Origin: Octopus bimaculoides
Taxonomy: Eukaryota
NCBI RefSeq assembly: GCF_001194135.2
Contig: NC_068987.1
Span: 88,426,940-88,459,900, forward strand
DNA length: 32,961 bases
Direction of reading: 5' to 3'
How positions within the stretch are numbered: position 1 is the stretch's first letter; the number at the start of each line of letters is the position of its first letter. The notes beneath the pieces were generated by a model. The model made no database searches and was not told where the DNA came from. It saw only the letters and a list, made by a program, of their open reading frames with translations. The position numbers were made by a program, and so were the translations under genes. This document shows positions 1 to 9,859 of the stretch, piece after piece.

Positions 1-214
1 TGTGTGTGTGTGTGTGTGTGTGTGTGTTTGTCCCCCACCAACGCTTGACACCAATGTCGCTATGCTTACGTCCCCGTAAACTAGCGGTTCGGCACCGATA
101 GAATAAGTACTAGGCTTACAAAAAATAAATCCTGGGGCGTCTATTTGTTCTACTAAAGGCGGTGCTCCAGCATGGCCGCAGTCAAATAACTGAAACAAGT
201 AAAAGAATAAAAGA
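1..214 (+). mobile_element. SINE family A, 3' half (starts inside the internal (TG)n tract)
   Basis: (TG)n, then gcttgaca...tccccgtaaactagcggttcggca...gatagaataagtactaggcttaca...aaaggcggtgctccagcatggccgcagtcaaataactgaaacaagtaaaaga. Collinear with the copies at 6365-6600 and, reverse-complemented, 18716-18900. Confidence 0.85.
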
Positions 215-223
215 TTACTAAAT

Positions 224-495
224 GGGGACTTCTAGCTTCTATTAGTCAGTCTGAATGTTAGAATCCCACAACATCATATATTACGTTCTATCGTTCATAG
301 CCCTTATTATTATGGTCAAGTCTTAGCTCTCTACATAACTCCCATTGGATTTACTCTCCCTAGGTTGTCATGTCTTTTTCTGGTATTCTTTGTGAGCCAG
401 TATATTACATTCACTCACTGTATAACACTCTCCTCCTTCATTCGGAATCTTCTTGATTTTTGTCTATCTTGGCTTTTATCCAATTAGTCTTCAAT
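224..495 (-). mobile_element. Degraded RLE-type non-LTR retrotransposon (R4/Dong-like), zinc-knuckle-to-endonuclease region
   Basis: The minus strand reads, with frameshifts, KTNWIKAKIDKNQEDS...SECNILAHKEY..RHDNLGR...WELCRELRLDHNNKGYE...WDSNIQTD..EARSP. This is the linker/RLE start seen in R4-like ORFs. Confidence 0.7.
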
Positions 496-520
496 ACGTG
501 TTAACGATTCACCCCGCTCG

Positions 521-590
521 TTACTACTACTACTACTACTACTACTAATAATAATAATAATAATGATAATAATAATAACAATAATAATAA
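521..590. repeat. (TAC)n(AAT)n compound microsatellite
   Basis: Direct reading. Confidence 0.95.
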
Positions 591-824
591 ACACATTTAC
601 TGTCGTTTTAACATCACATTATCATCTTATAATCAATTTACTTTTAGAACAAACGTCTAATTTTCTTGTTTTTTTTTCATAGACATTCTCTACAATACTT
701 TGTGCAAAACCAAAAATATGTAACATTTGTCATAACAACAATTTGAACTTCTAGCTTGATGTCTCTTGAGGTCTCTGGATGAGACTTGAAGTCAACTTCT
801 ACAGATACAAAGCAGAAGCGAAAC

Positions 825-830
825 ATAATG

Positions 831-886
<56 letters not shown>
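825..886. repeat. (AAT)n microsatellite
   Basis: Direct reading. It causes the poly-N/poly-I ORFs 779..1024 and 677..892. Confidence 0.95.
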
Positions 887-889
887 GAC

Positions 890-1354
890 CACAAACTTGA
901 AGACATCGTCGAAAATAGAAATGCAAAGATCCTATGGGATTTTATGATTCAGCGCGACCATGAGATAGAGAATAGGAAGCCGGACATAGTCTTGAGAAAG
1001 AAAACAAACTATGCTGGATCATAGATATAGCATGCCCAGCTGACAACAAGGTATGCGATAAGGAAGAAAGAAAAGGAAGTTAAGCAGTTGTGGTTGATAA
1101 AAAAGGTAGTAGTAGTACCAATAATTGTAAAATACATGGGAACAGTGAGCAAAAATCTCGAGAAGTACGTGGAACAAATAGGGGCTGCAATAAGGGTGGA
1201 GCACTTGCAGAAAATAGCACTGCTTGAAACCGCTCGAATACTCCGGAAGGTGCTCGAAAAATAAGAGGTGTTACCCTAGTTCACTGGTAGTGAACAGCTG
1301 ACAGTGTAATACATCTCCAGTGTTAGAAGCTGTGCAAATGCAATGATAATAATA
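890..1354 (+). mobile_element. 3' fragment of RLE-type LINE (R4/Dong-like) with 3' UTR and short (AAT) tail
   Basis: HKLEDIVENRNAKILWDFMIQRDHEIENRKPDIV..(fs)..IDIACPADNKV...KKVVVVPIIV..GTVSKNLEKYVEQIGAAIRVEHLQKIALLETARILRKVLEK* (stop 1262-1264). The PD..D restriction-like endonuclease motif is present. Confidence 0.85.
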
Positions 1355-1359
1355 AAAAG

Positions 1360-1530
1360 ATTGGCAGAAACGTAAAGATGGAACACTTACAAAAACCAGC
1401 TTTGCTTGGAACTGCAAGAATTCTCCGCAGGTTTCTTGAAGCATGATCAATAAACAAGTGTCACCTTAGTCTGCTGGCTGTGGACAGCTGAGACTTTCCA
1501 TCGTACCCATAAAAAGAATACTGATAACAG
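1360..1530 (+). mobile_element. Second, shorter RLE-type LINE 3' fragment, tandem to the previous one
   Basis: GRNVKMEHLQKPALLGTARILRRFLEA* (stop 1444-1446), followed by a related but distinct 3' UTR (caccttagtctgctggctgtggacagctga). Confidence 0.8.
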
Positions 1531-1869
1531 CAACGGTAACAATTGAATTTGAAATTATTTTTACAAGGCTCCACGCAATCATTATAAAAAGGGGCCAATG
1601 TGGTAAAGGGTGCGGGGATGTATATTAAGGATATATTGACACATCAAAAATTTAGCCGAAAACAAATGAATGCTAAGTAAAGGTAAATAAATAGATATAA
1701 TAATATAAATATTAATATTAATATAGAATAAAAACAATATGGTTACAAAGGTATGTCTAGATGCCGGCATCTTAAATGGAAAACGGTACTGATTGCAGTA
1801 CTCAATGGCTCTCGGGTGAGTATTGCGATCAGTTACCTCCAAAAGCATCCATATAAGGGGCATAACCAG

Positions 1870-2431
1870 ACGCTTTTGTTACTCTTCCTGCACCTCGGGG
1901 ACGAATTTCGCCGACACTCTCCGCATATACAAATCCTTCATCGAAATGGAATGCGCTGATCCTGTGCTTATTACCAATTCGTGAACAATTTCCTGGATTG
2001 TTAAACGACGGTCTTCTATAACTATTCGCTGCACCTTCTCAATCGGCTCCTCGTCTCGGCTTGTAGATGGCTTGCCTCAGCGTTCCTCGCTCTTCAGTGA
2101 CGTGCAGATATGTTTGAAAGCGGTTGTACCATTCCTTGAATTGAGTTTTGCCCATGGGATCATCGTCGAAGGCCTTTTGAATCTTCTAGATGATTTGAGC
2201 TTGAGTATTACTAAGTTTTTGGCAAAACTTGATACAATATCTCTGCTCGATGCGTTCGGAAAACGAAAATCCGATGAGCGCGCACTACAGGTCTGTATTC
2301 CAGGAACAACCAAGAACTCACGCAAGCACAGGAAGGATGGCATCACATCTCACTCAAAGGATTTTGCCCACGCAGCATTAGTTTTGGTGGGAAAAAATAA
2401 AGTCGGATACTTTTTGAACGCATGTCATGTA
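1870..2431 (-). mobile_element. Mariner remnant: 5' TIR plus N-terminal HTH of transposase
   Basis: Minus strand: ERIEQRYCIKFCQKLSNTQAQII*KIQKAFDDDPMGKTQFKEWYNRF(fs)KHICTSLKSEER*GKPSTSRDEEPIEKVQRIVIEDRRLTIQEIVHELVISTGSAHSISMKDLYMRRVSAKFVP. A TIR-like tacatgacatgcgttcaaaaagtatccgac lies at 2431-2402. Confidence 0.85.
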
Positions 2432-2537
2432 ATTTTGATATTAGAGAGGGTGAGAAGCTCTCCTCGTCGTTGTGGCAGCTCAACGTTACAAATGCACGAG
2501 AGTAGACTCTCGTGGATTCCACTATTATTCATTTTTA

Positions 2538-2663
<126 letters not shown>

Positions 2664-2764
2664 CTTCCTTTCGCCTTTTTTTTGTAATTATTTAAATTAT
2701 ACTGCTTAGCACACATACAAACAAACAACTTGATATGTGGCCCATGAACTAAAATGAGTTTGAC

Positions 2765-3700
2765 ATACCTGGATTAACCTAATTCTCTACAACAATTGCA
2801 GGCCCTGTACCAAAATTTGAATCCCTTATGAAGTTTAGTACATAATCGCAATCTACGAAATGACATAAAGGTGACAATTAAAGAAAAAACTCATTAATTT
2901 TGTTCAGAAGAAAATACGAGAGTGAGTCAAAAAGTAATGCCATTTTGTTTAGGACAGGTGTAATTACCAACATGTATCATACATCAAAATGAAGCTTATT
3001 ATGAGTTTATATTGTTTTTCCTTTTGGCAAGAAATCCACCAGAATGACACCTTGAGCATCCCAAAAGATAGTCGCCATGATTTTTCCAGCTGACTTTTGC
3101 ATCTTGAACTTTTTCGGTGGTGGTGACGTAGAGTGGTGCCATTCCATTGACTGCCTCTTTGATTCCAGTTCATAATGATGAACCCATGTTTCATCACCTG
3201 TTACAAGCCTTCAAAAGAAGGTGTTGTCTCTTTGATTTTGTAGTGAAAAAGGGGCTCAAAGAACCGTCAACAGAATTTTACGGGGCAGGGATACATGTTC
3301 TCATTCAAAGGTGGAACATTGCTATTGAGAGAAACGATGACTATGTTGAGAAGTAGGGATGTGATCCACAGAGGACCAGCTTCATTTTTATGTATGGTAC
3401 ATGTTCCTGTGTTGGTAATTATACCTGTCCTAAACAAAATGGCATTACTTTTTGACACCCTCGTATTTACTGGTAGCAATAAAGAAGGAAGAGTTTTCCT
3501 TCAATTCATTTATTTGGTACGTAACGTGACGTAACTACTTTTCTGTTTAATCGCAGACAGTTATTTACGATACCAGCTTTACAAGTTACAACAATAAACC
3601 TCCAGCTCAGTCTTTCAACAGAGTGATAGTGTCTCTAGCAGAATCCATGTTCAGTTACGGACAGCTTTATGTGGCTGTAAGTAAACTCAGAAGTAAACAA
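2765..3700 (+). mobile_element. Degraded Helitron/PIF1-type helicase C-terminal region, split by a mariner insertion (parts 2765-2914 and 3466-3700)
   Basis: PGL...NLRNDIKVTIKE (compare GLCNGTRLxVK) precedes the mariner. Removing the mariner restores K-I-F-T-G-S-N-K-E-G-R-V-F. Then LFLFNRRQ...TIN(fs)QSFNRVIVSLAESMFSYGQLYVAVSKLRS, matching the helicase motif V-VI pattern RRQFP..AFAMTINKSQGQ...FSHGQLYVALSRV. Confidence 0.7.
2915..3465 (+). mobile_element. Non-autonomous mariner (551 bp including both TA copies) with about 58-bp TIRs and an internal inversion
   Basis: The left end tacgagagtgagtcaaaaagtaatgccattttgtttaggacaggtgtaattaccaaca is the inverse of tgttggtaattatacctgtcctaaacaaaatggcattactttttgacaccctcgta. 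Internal minus segment: VTGDETWVHHYELESKRQSMEWHH...AGKIMATIFWDAQGVILVDFLPKG. Internal plus segment: EFYGAGIHVLIQRWNIAIERNDDYVEK*. Confidence 0.9.
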
Positions 3701-4887
3701 CACAAAATGACAGGCTTTACCTGACATGAAATAGTGATTTGTCTAAAAAATAATCGTGTTTTCACAAAAAAATATTCATAAATGAACTTCTGAGGTTTAT
3801 AAAGAGACATTTATGGTGCCAATACTGAATTTTGTATAGTTAATTAAAAATTGAAATTTGACGTCTTCAGTAGAAACTAAAATCCCGGTAATTGTAGTAT
3901 TAAAATAAATAGCCAGCTATGTATCATACTAAATGTATATATACTGTCAATAGGCCAGTGAATGCAGTGTTTGTTCCGAGATAACATTTCTTACAGGTTT
4001 GCTGTGTTTAAAACAATAACTATCTTATGAATTGAAGACAATTCGTTCCAGTATCAGCCAGCGAGAACGACAGAGGTATTTCGGTCTTTTGCGGATTTTT
4101 CAATGGCGTGTCCTCGCAGCTAACTGCGAGAATTCATCGTCTTAGAGACAGGAAAAAGAGAAGAAAACATTCATTGATGTCGTGAATAAAAGTTGAATAA
4201 AAATCCGTTATTCGCAATTGAGACAGTAAGCACGTCCATCAGAGATGTTATTTCAGGATAATTACCGCAGTAACTGGCTGGTTTATAATGTATCTACATT
4301 AAGCATGATACGTAGATGACTATTATGAAAACTAAATGCTTACTAAAATACAAATGCGAGCGTTATGGTTGTTATTGGTTTGTTATAAATACATAACATT
4401 GATACTGACAAGTTCACATAAACAAGATGTATCAGCCATCTTGAAGAATGAATATGCAATTTAGAAACAATTTTAGTCAGCTGCAGTCATATGAAATAGT
4501 GATAGATGAATAAATAATTGCTATTAAATCATTGTTGAGAATATGCAGAGCTTTCAACCTGTATCGAAAAGGAGAATTTTATGTCATAAAATGTTTTGAG
4601 TAGCTCAAATAAATATTTTGTAAATATTTGAAAAATTTCCACGCCGCCAACTCTTCATTATCAAAATTAATATTCATGTTAATTAGTAACATAAATTTAT
4701 TGCCAATATACCAAATGAGAAATTTGTTTAATTTAATTTTTGATTTTCAAAATTAGTTGTTGCGTTATTTTGTATAAATCACCAAGGAACATAAAAACAA
4801 TTAAGATTATCATTTGAGAAATTATGCAAAAGTACGTCACTTCATATTACCAACAGTGGTTGAAAAGCACATTCCCAACACTGGTGC

Positions 4888-4888
4888 A

Positions 4889-4919
<31 letters not shown>

Positions 4920-5172
4920 GACGTCGCACAGTATACAATATCAAGAGGTTGTTGATTGAAGATATTGTGTCTACAGGGGGTGTTTGTACTGTTTGTCAGC
5001 CACAACAAAGACCTCACACAGACAGCACTTTACGCAATATGGGTGCAGTTCTAAATAATACCGACTTTTACACTACACCTAGGTTGTAGGGTATCGCTAA
5101 GGTTTTCAGATGTTTTTTTTTTTCAGAGTGAGTGGTATTGAACCCAATGCTCCAATGACAACAGGAATAACC
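4888..5172 (-). mobile_element. RLE-type LINE 3' fragment ending in a (TAA)n tract (4888-4918)
   Basis: Minus strand: VIPVVIGALGSIPLTLKK(fs)HLKTLAIPYNLGVV*KSVLFRTAPILRKVLSV* (stop 5016-5014), then about 95 nt of UTR, then (ATA)n. Confidence 0.8.
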
Positions 5173-6031
5173 GAACGAAAATGCATTCCTGGTGTTTGTT
5201 TCGTCACTCCCTTGTCCCTCTCGCTATCATGAATGCAACATAACAATAACTGGTCCATAGGAAATTTGTAACCAACGACACTATTGCTCACAAAAAGTAA
5301 TGCAAAATAAACAAATCAGCAGCAGAGACTTAGTCTGCTGAATAATAATGTTTTTGAAAATGTGTCTGCTGGTCGGATGACTCAAACTTTCCATTCACTT
5401 ATTAAGAGACTGAACATGCTATGATATAATATAGGCATTTATTGGATATAAATCTCGCCGATGTCCTCTTAACAAAACGTCATTGTTGTCTATAATAGTT
5501 ATTACGAGGGAATATGCACTGTTGGTTGTAATATCTAAAAGTAATTTTCTGTCAAATCAAGCAAGACATTCATCATTTCACTATAGTTTTCTAATTATCT
5601 AAATTATATTATACGATAACTTGGAAACTAGCTTTTCAAAACAGGAGTGATGAACCAACACATCTCAGGCTAGATTTTCACTATATCACACATTAACTTA
5701 ATCATCTGCTCTAGGATTCTTTACAATTATTATTTAATTGATTCCAATGTCTCACGTTTTTAGATTAATAAATGGAAGTCGGATTTATTTTTAATTACAT
5801 TGTTTAACTACTAAGATCTACCAGAGTTGGAACTAATCGATTTTTTTACTAATTTTCGATCACTGATTACAAGATCAGCGAAAGTTTTGAGTTACAGATT
5901 GTATGCCTCTTTTCGCCTTTCTCCTCACGGATATGCCTACGGGTTCTTCGTCAAAATAACCTGTTTGGTGTACCAGAGGAGGGATGTGTCAATCACTACT
6001 CATAAGTTATTTTAACAATATTGTTTATACA

Positions 6032-6600
6032 GGCGCAGGAGTGGCTGTGTTGTAACAAGCCTGCTTACCAACCACACGGTTCTGGGTACAGTTGCACCAC
6101 TTGACACCTTGGGCAAGTGTCTTCTACTATAGCCTCGGGCCGACCAAAGCCTTGTGAGTGGATTTGGTCGACGGAAACTGAAAGAAGCCCGTCGTACATA
6201 TTATATATATATATATANNNNNNNNNNNNNNNNNNNNNNNNNNNNNNNNNNNNNNNNNNNNNNNNNNNNNNNNNNNNNNNNNNNNNNNNNNNNNNNNNNN
6301 NNNNNNNNNNNNNNNNNNNNNNNNNNNNNNNNNNNNNNNNNNNNNNNNNNNNNNNNNNNNNNNNTGTATGTATATTTGTATGTCTGTGTTTGTTTCACCA
6401 CCATCGGTTGACAACCGATGTTGGTGTTTTTACGTCCCCGTTAATTAGCAGTTCGGCAAAAGACACCGATAGAATAAGTACTAGGCTTACAAAGAATAAG
6501 TCCTCATGAAATAAGTCCCGGGGTCTCTCAATTCAACTAAAAATTCTTTTAGGCGATGCCCCAGCCTGGCCACAGTCCAAGTAAATGATGAATGGCAAAT
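6032..6600 (+). mobile_element. SINE family A, near full length, with the internal microsatellite inside an assembly gap
   Basis: tRNA-like head ggcgcaggagtggctgtgt...gggtacagt, then caccttgggcaagtgtcttctactatagcc, gaccaaagccttgtgagtgg, (TA)n-gap-(TG)n, and a 3' half as at 29-214. Confidence 0.9.
6218..6364. other. Assembly gap (147 N)
   Basis: Run of N flanked by (TA)n and (TG)n-like sequence. Confidence 1.
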
Positions 6601-6818
6601 GATAATTCGGAGAATCGAAATGCATCGGGAAAGTCATATACAGTATATGGCTGTCTTATTCTGGCCAGTGTGGCACACACTCGTATCACAGGTGAATATC
6701 TGTCAGTTTTGTATTTGGTTTGTAAAATTCTTGATGTGAACTCGTATGCTGAAATAGATTTTGCTGCACCGTGGGGCATAAGGTGGGGTGTCATTAAGTC
6801 AATAATAAGCACACGCGA

Positions 6819-7035
6819 GGGCAGCGAGTTGGCAGAATCGTTAGCATGCCGGGCGGAATGCTTAGCGGTATTTCGTCTGTCTTTACCCCTTGAGTTCAAA
6901 TTCCGTTGAGGTCGACTTTGCCTTTCATCCTTTCGAGGTCGATAAATTAAGTACCATTTGCGTACTGGGGTCGATCTAATCGACTGGCCCCCCCCCTCCC
7001 CAAAAATTTTGGGCCTTGTGCCTAGAGTAGAAAAG
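6819..7035 (+). mobile_element. SINE family B (tail type ...gggccttgtgcctagagtagaaaaga)
   Basis: gcagcgagttggcagaatcgttagc...gagttcaaattcc...gtcgactttgcctttcatcctttcgaggtcgataaattaagtacca. The reverse complements at 18181-18395 and 26661-26865 share this tail. Confidence 0.9.
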
Positions 7036-7053
7036 AATAATAAACACACGCGA

Positions 7054-7285
7054 GGGCGGGGAGCTGGCAGAATCGTTAGCGCGCCGGGCGAAATGCTTAG
7101 CAGTATTTCGTCTGCCGTTACGTTCTGAGTTTAATTTCCGCCGAGGTCGACTTTGCCTTTCATCCTTCGGGGAACGATTAAATAAGTACTAGTTACGCAC
7201 TGAGGTCAATATAATCGACATAATGCCTTTGTCTGTCCTTGTTTGTCCCCTCTATGTTTAGCCGCGTGTGGGCAATAAAGAAATA
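7054..7285 (+). mobile_element. SINE family B (alternative tail ...tttgtctgtccttgtttgtcccctc...gcaataaagaaata)
   Basis: Same head and body as 6819-7035 but a different 3' end after taatcgac. Confidence 0.9.
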
Positions 7286-7710
7286 AATAATAAACACACG
7301 CACTGTTTCTATTTCATTTCTTAATTATTTGTCAATTGGTTATTTATTGAAGCAGTAGGCCAATCGATTGATTGACTAATCATTTGTTCAATGAATCAGT
7401 GAGTTATGAGAAAGAAAGAGTAGAAGCTGAACCGGAAGAGAGAGGGAATGTTCTTGAAGAAGACTTTGATAAACCTAAATAACTGATTGATTAACCGAAT
7501 GGCAATCAAACAAGTAATTACTTAAGTGATTGAATAGTTAATCAACTGGAAAATATGAAAGAAATGAAATAGAGCTGGTGCGTTTCTTTATTACTGGCAA
7601 AATGACCCTCTCGAAATACAGCAAAATATATCGTATATTTAATGTGATTTCTTTTACAAAATACTTGAAGTTCTGCCTCTTTCGAACACGACTAAATCAA
7701 GGTGTATTCA

Positions 7711-7762
7711 CGATAAAGCCATAATGCCACGATAATACCACGATAATGCCACAATAATGCCA
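7711..7762. repeat. About 12-bp degenerate tandem repeat (cgataatgccac) within the hAT remnant
   Basis: cgataaagccataatgccacgataataccacgataatgccacaataatgcca. Confidence 0.8.
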
Positions 7763-7927
7763 ATGACTTCAAAACGGATCTTATTTCACGAATACGTATA
7801 TCTGACATTTACACATTACAGCGTGATGAGTTCAAAGACATTACTGGAGTAGCAAATTCTTTTTTTGTGTTCGACATTTTTGTTTGTCTTTGTTTGACTT
7901 AAAGAAAACGCATTAAAGAAAAATTTC

Positions 7928-8486
7928 GGATCTTTTTTAAAACGGGGGCCACATTTTTCATTAATGTTTTACGTAGTGTTTTTGGTACCGAAAGACTTTC
8001 AAACTTCGTATACTTATCTATTTTGTGTTATTGAACAGAAAAATATTTTTGTATTCGAATTTATTTCATGTAAAAAATTGTCTTATTTCGATAATTTCAA
8101 CCAATCACTGACAAGTATTCAGTTGTTTATATTTACTCCTTTGGCTGATTAAGCGGTGTAAAGTGTATTTAATTTCCATAGATTCGTTTTGCTTTTTTCT
8201 TTTTAAATTTGCTGTTTTACCCTAACCCTAACCCTAACCCTATCACCGATAGAATTGTTTCAGAATCGTTTGTTTATGTAGTCGGCACTTAATGTATATC
8301 GGCTGAATGNNNNNNNNNNTGAAATTACAGAAATACGACAACTTTAACATGGAATAATTTATGGATTTCTTTTTTTTTTAAGAAGACTAAGAGAAAAAGA
8401 TGTTTTATACGACACATTCTACCAGTGTTCCAAGTTTCAAAGTGTTTCGTTAATGAAAAATGTGGCCCCCGTTTTAAAAAAGATCC
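7928..8486. mobile_element. Non-autonomous TIR element: perfect 37-bp TIRs starting GGATC, 8-bp TSD, internal (CCCTAA)3
   Basis: ggatcttttttaaaacgggggccacatttttcattaa (7928-7964) is the exact inverse of 8450-8486. AAAATTTC occurs at 7920-7927 and 8487-8494. Weaker inverted similarity continues inward. Confidence 0.85.
8310..8319. other. Assembly gap (10 N)
   Basis: Run of N. Confidence 1.
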
Positions 8487-8711
8487 AAAATTTCTTTTGT
8501 GTAAGCAATCAAGTCTCCGGAAGTGCATGCCACAGGAAATGATGCATTTAATTGCATCAGTAATTTGATGACATGCACAACATAAGATGGAATAACTGTA
8601 TTGTAGTATGCAGCAATAGTGCAATAAAAAAAGTGACTAGTGCAGCAACACGAATCAAGAATGTTGCGAAAAATGCAACAGTAATCACTGCATTCTTCAC
8701 AAATGATTATG

Positions 8712-8788
8712 AGTTCAGTCTCACTACACAGCACGTTGGGAAAGTGTCTTTAACCCAGAGCTGACTAAAGACTTGTGAGTGAATTTTG
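8712..8788 (+). mobile_element. Degraded SINE family A fragment
   Basis: gagttcagtctcactacacagcacgttgggaaagtgtctt...gactaaagacttgtgagtgaattt. Confidence 0.6.
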
Positions 8789-9335
8789 GAATACAGCTTG
8801 GAAGTCGTTTTCCGTAAGCGAATCGAGGACGTATTGCGATTCGTTCTTAATCTCGACGACGGTGTTAAAACGGCGACCTTTGAGCTCCATTTTCATCTTG
8901 GGGGAAGAGATTAAAGTCCGCAGGTGCTAAATCTGGTGAATAGAGCATTTACGGGAGCGATACCATGTTTTTAGCGAGAAACTCAAGAATGAGAAGAGCT
9001 CGGTGACAGGGCGCATTGTTGTCGTGAAGAATTCTTCGCGCTCCACAGATCCGGTCGCTTTCGCCGAACGTCCTCCCTCAAATGCTTCAAAACATCGCAG
9101 TAAAACTCTTGAGTGGCGGCCTGACCCTGGAGTACAAATTCTCGATGCACAATACCACATTTCCGGGAATGACGGTCGTGGCAGTTCTTCCAGATCGCTC
9201 ATCGTCTTCCAGGGACGTTCTCCTAGTTTCGAAGCGCACGTGCCACTCGAAACCTTGCGTACGACCATTGCCTGGTCGCCGCAAACTTGCCGAAGCATGC
9301 TCAATGTCTCTGTAGCAGACTTCCCAAGTTTAACG
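8783..9335 (-). mobile_element. Internally deleted mariner transposase remnant
   Basis: Minus strand with frameshifts: VKLGKSATETLSMLRQVCGDQAM.RTQGFEWHVRF...SLEDDERSGR..T..PGNV, joined to VHREFV..QG...EFYCDVL..L...HDNNAPCHRALL..EFLAKNMVSL..YSPDLAPADF.LFPKMKMELKGRRF. The GDETW region is missing. Confidence 0.9.
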
Positions 9336-9619
9336 CTGGCTGTCGTGGGGTAATATTCTTGTGAGAAATCAGAAAGTGCTGTTGGAATATTTGATCGATC
9401 ATAAATATCGATTAACCGATTCATTAACAAATAAATTTTGGCGATCAAGAAACGTGAAATCAATATTTTTTTCAGCTAACGATAAAATGGTAACGTTATC
9501 ATGTAAATTGCAAACTGAATCTCGTCTGTGGAATAAAATACTTTCGACTATATCGGTGATTCTTAATGACTTCTTTCAAGAATCTGACCTGGTTTTGGAG
9601 TTAAAATCGGTAATGACAT

Positions 9620-9836
9620 AGATTTCAAAATTTTGGCAAATGGCCAGCAATTTCTGGGGAGGGGATAAGTCGATTACATCGGCCCCAGTACTCAACTGGT
9701 ACTTATTTTATCGACCCCGAAAGGATGAAAGAGAAAGTTGATCTGAGCGGAATTTGAACTTAAAGCGTGAAGACGGGTGAAATGCCGCTAAGCATTTTTC
9801 CTGGCGTGTTAAGGATTCCGCCAGCTCGTTTGCCTT
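9620..9836 (-). mobile_element. SINE family B (tail type ...aaattgctggcc...)
   Basis: ggccagcaattt...gtcgattacatcggccccagtactcaactggtacttattttatcgaccccgaaaggatgaaag...gaatttgaact...gattccgccagctcg. Confidence 0.9.
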
Positions 9837-9859
9837 CATGAGATCGGTATTGAAATTGA

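Larger units (their letters stand above)
7658..8700 (+). mobile_element. Degraded hAT (Charlie/Buster, ZBED5-like) transposase fragment, split by a TIR element (parts 7658-7927 and 8495-8700)
   Basis: KILEVLPLSNTTKSRCIHDKA..NDFKTDLISRIRISD..QRDEFKDITGVAN (compare PLSNNTV.RRI.DMA..LQLDESTD) lies before the insertion. LLCK...HATGNDAFNCISNLMT.HNIRWNNCIVVCSNSA.KKVTSAATRIKNVAKN (compare [24 protein letters not shown]..CSDGA) lies after it. Confidence 0.75.

Noticed and set aside
1759-1772. 14-bp perfect palindrome agatgccggcatct
   Set aside because: It is isolated and has no associated structure, so chance occurrence cannot be excluded.
3996-4140. Segment bounded by splice-like sites on both strands
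   Set aside because: All three frames contain stops on each strand and there is no other support for an exon.
8220-8241. (CCCTAA)3 as a true telomere or chromosome-fusion scar
   Set aside because: There are only three units, and they lie inside a TIR element with a TSD.
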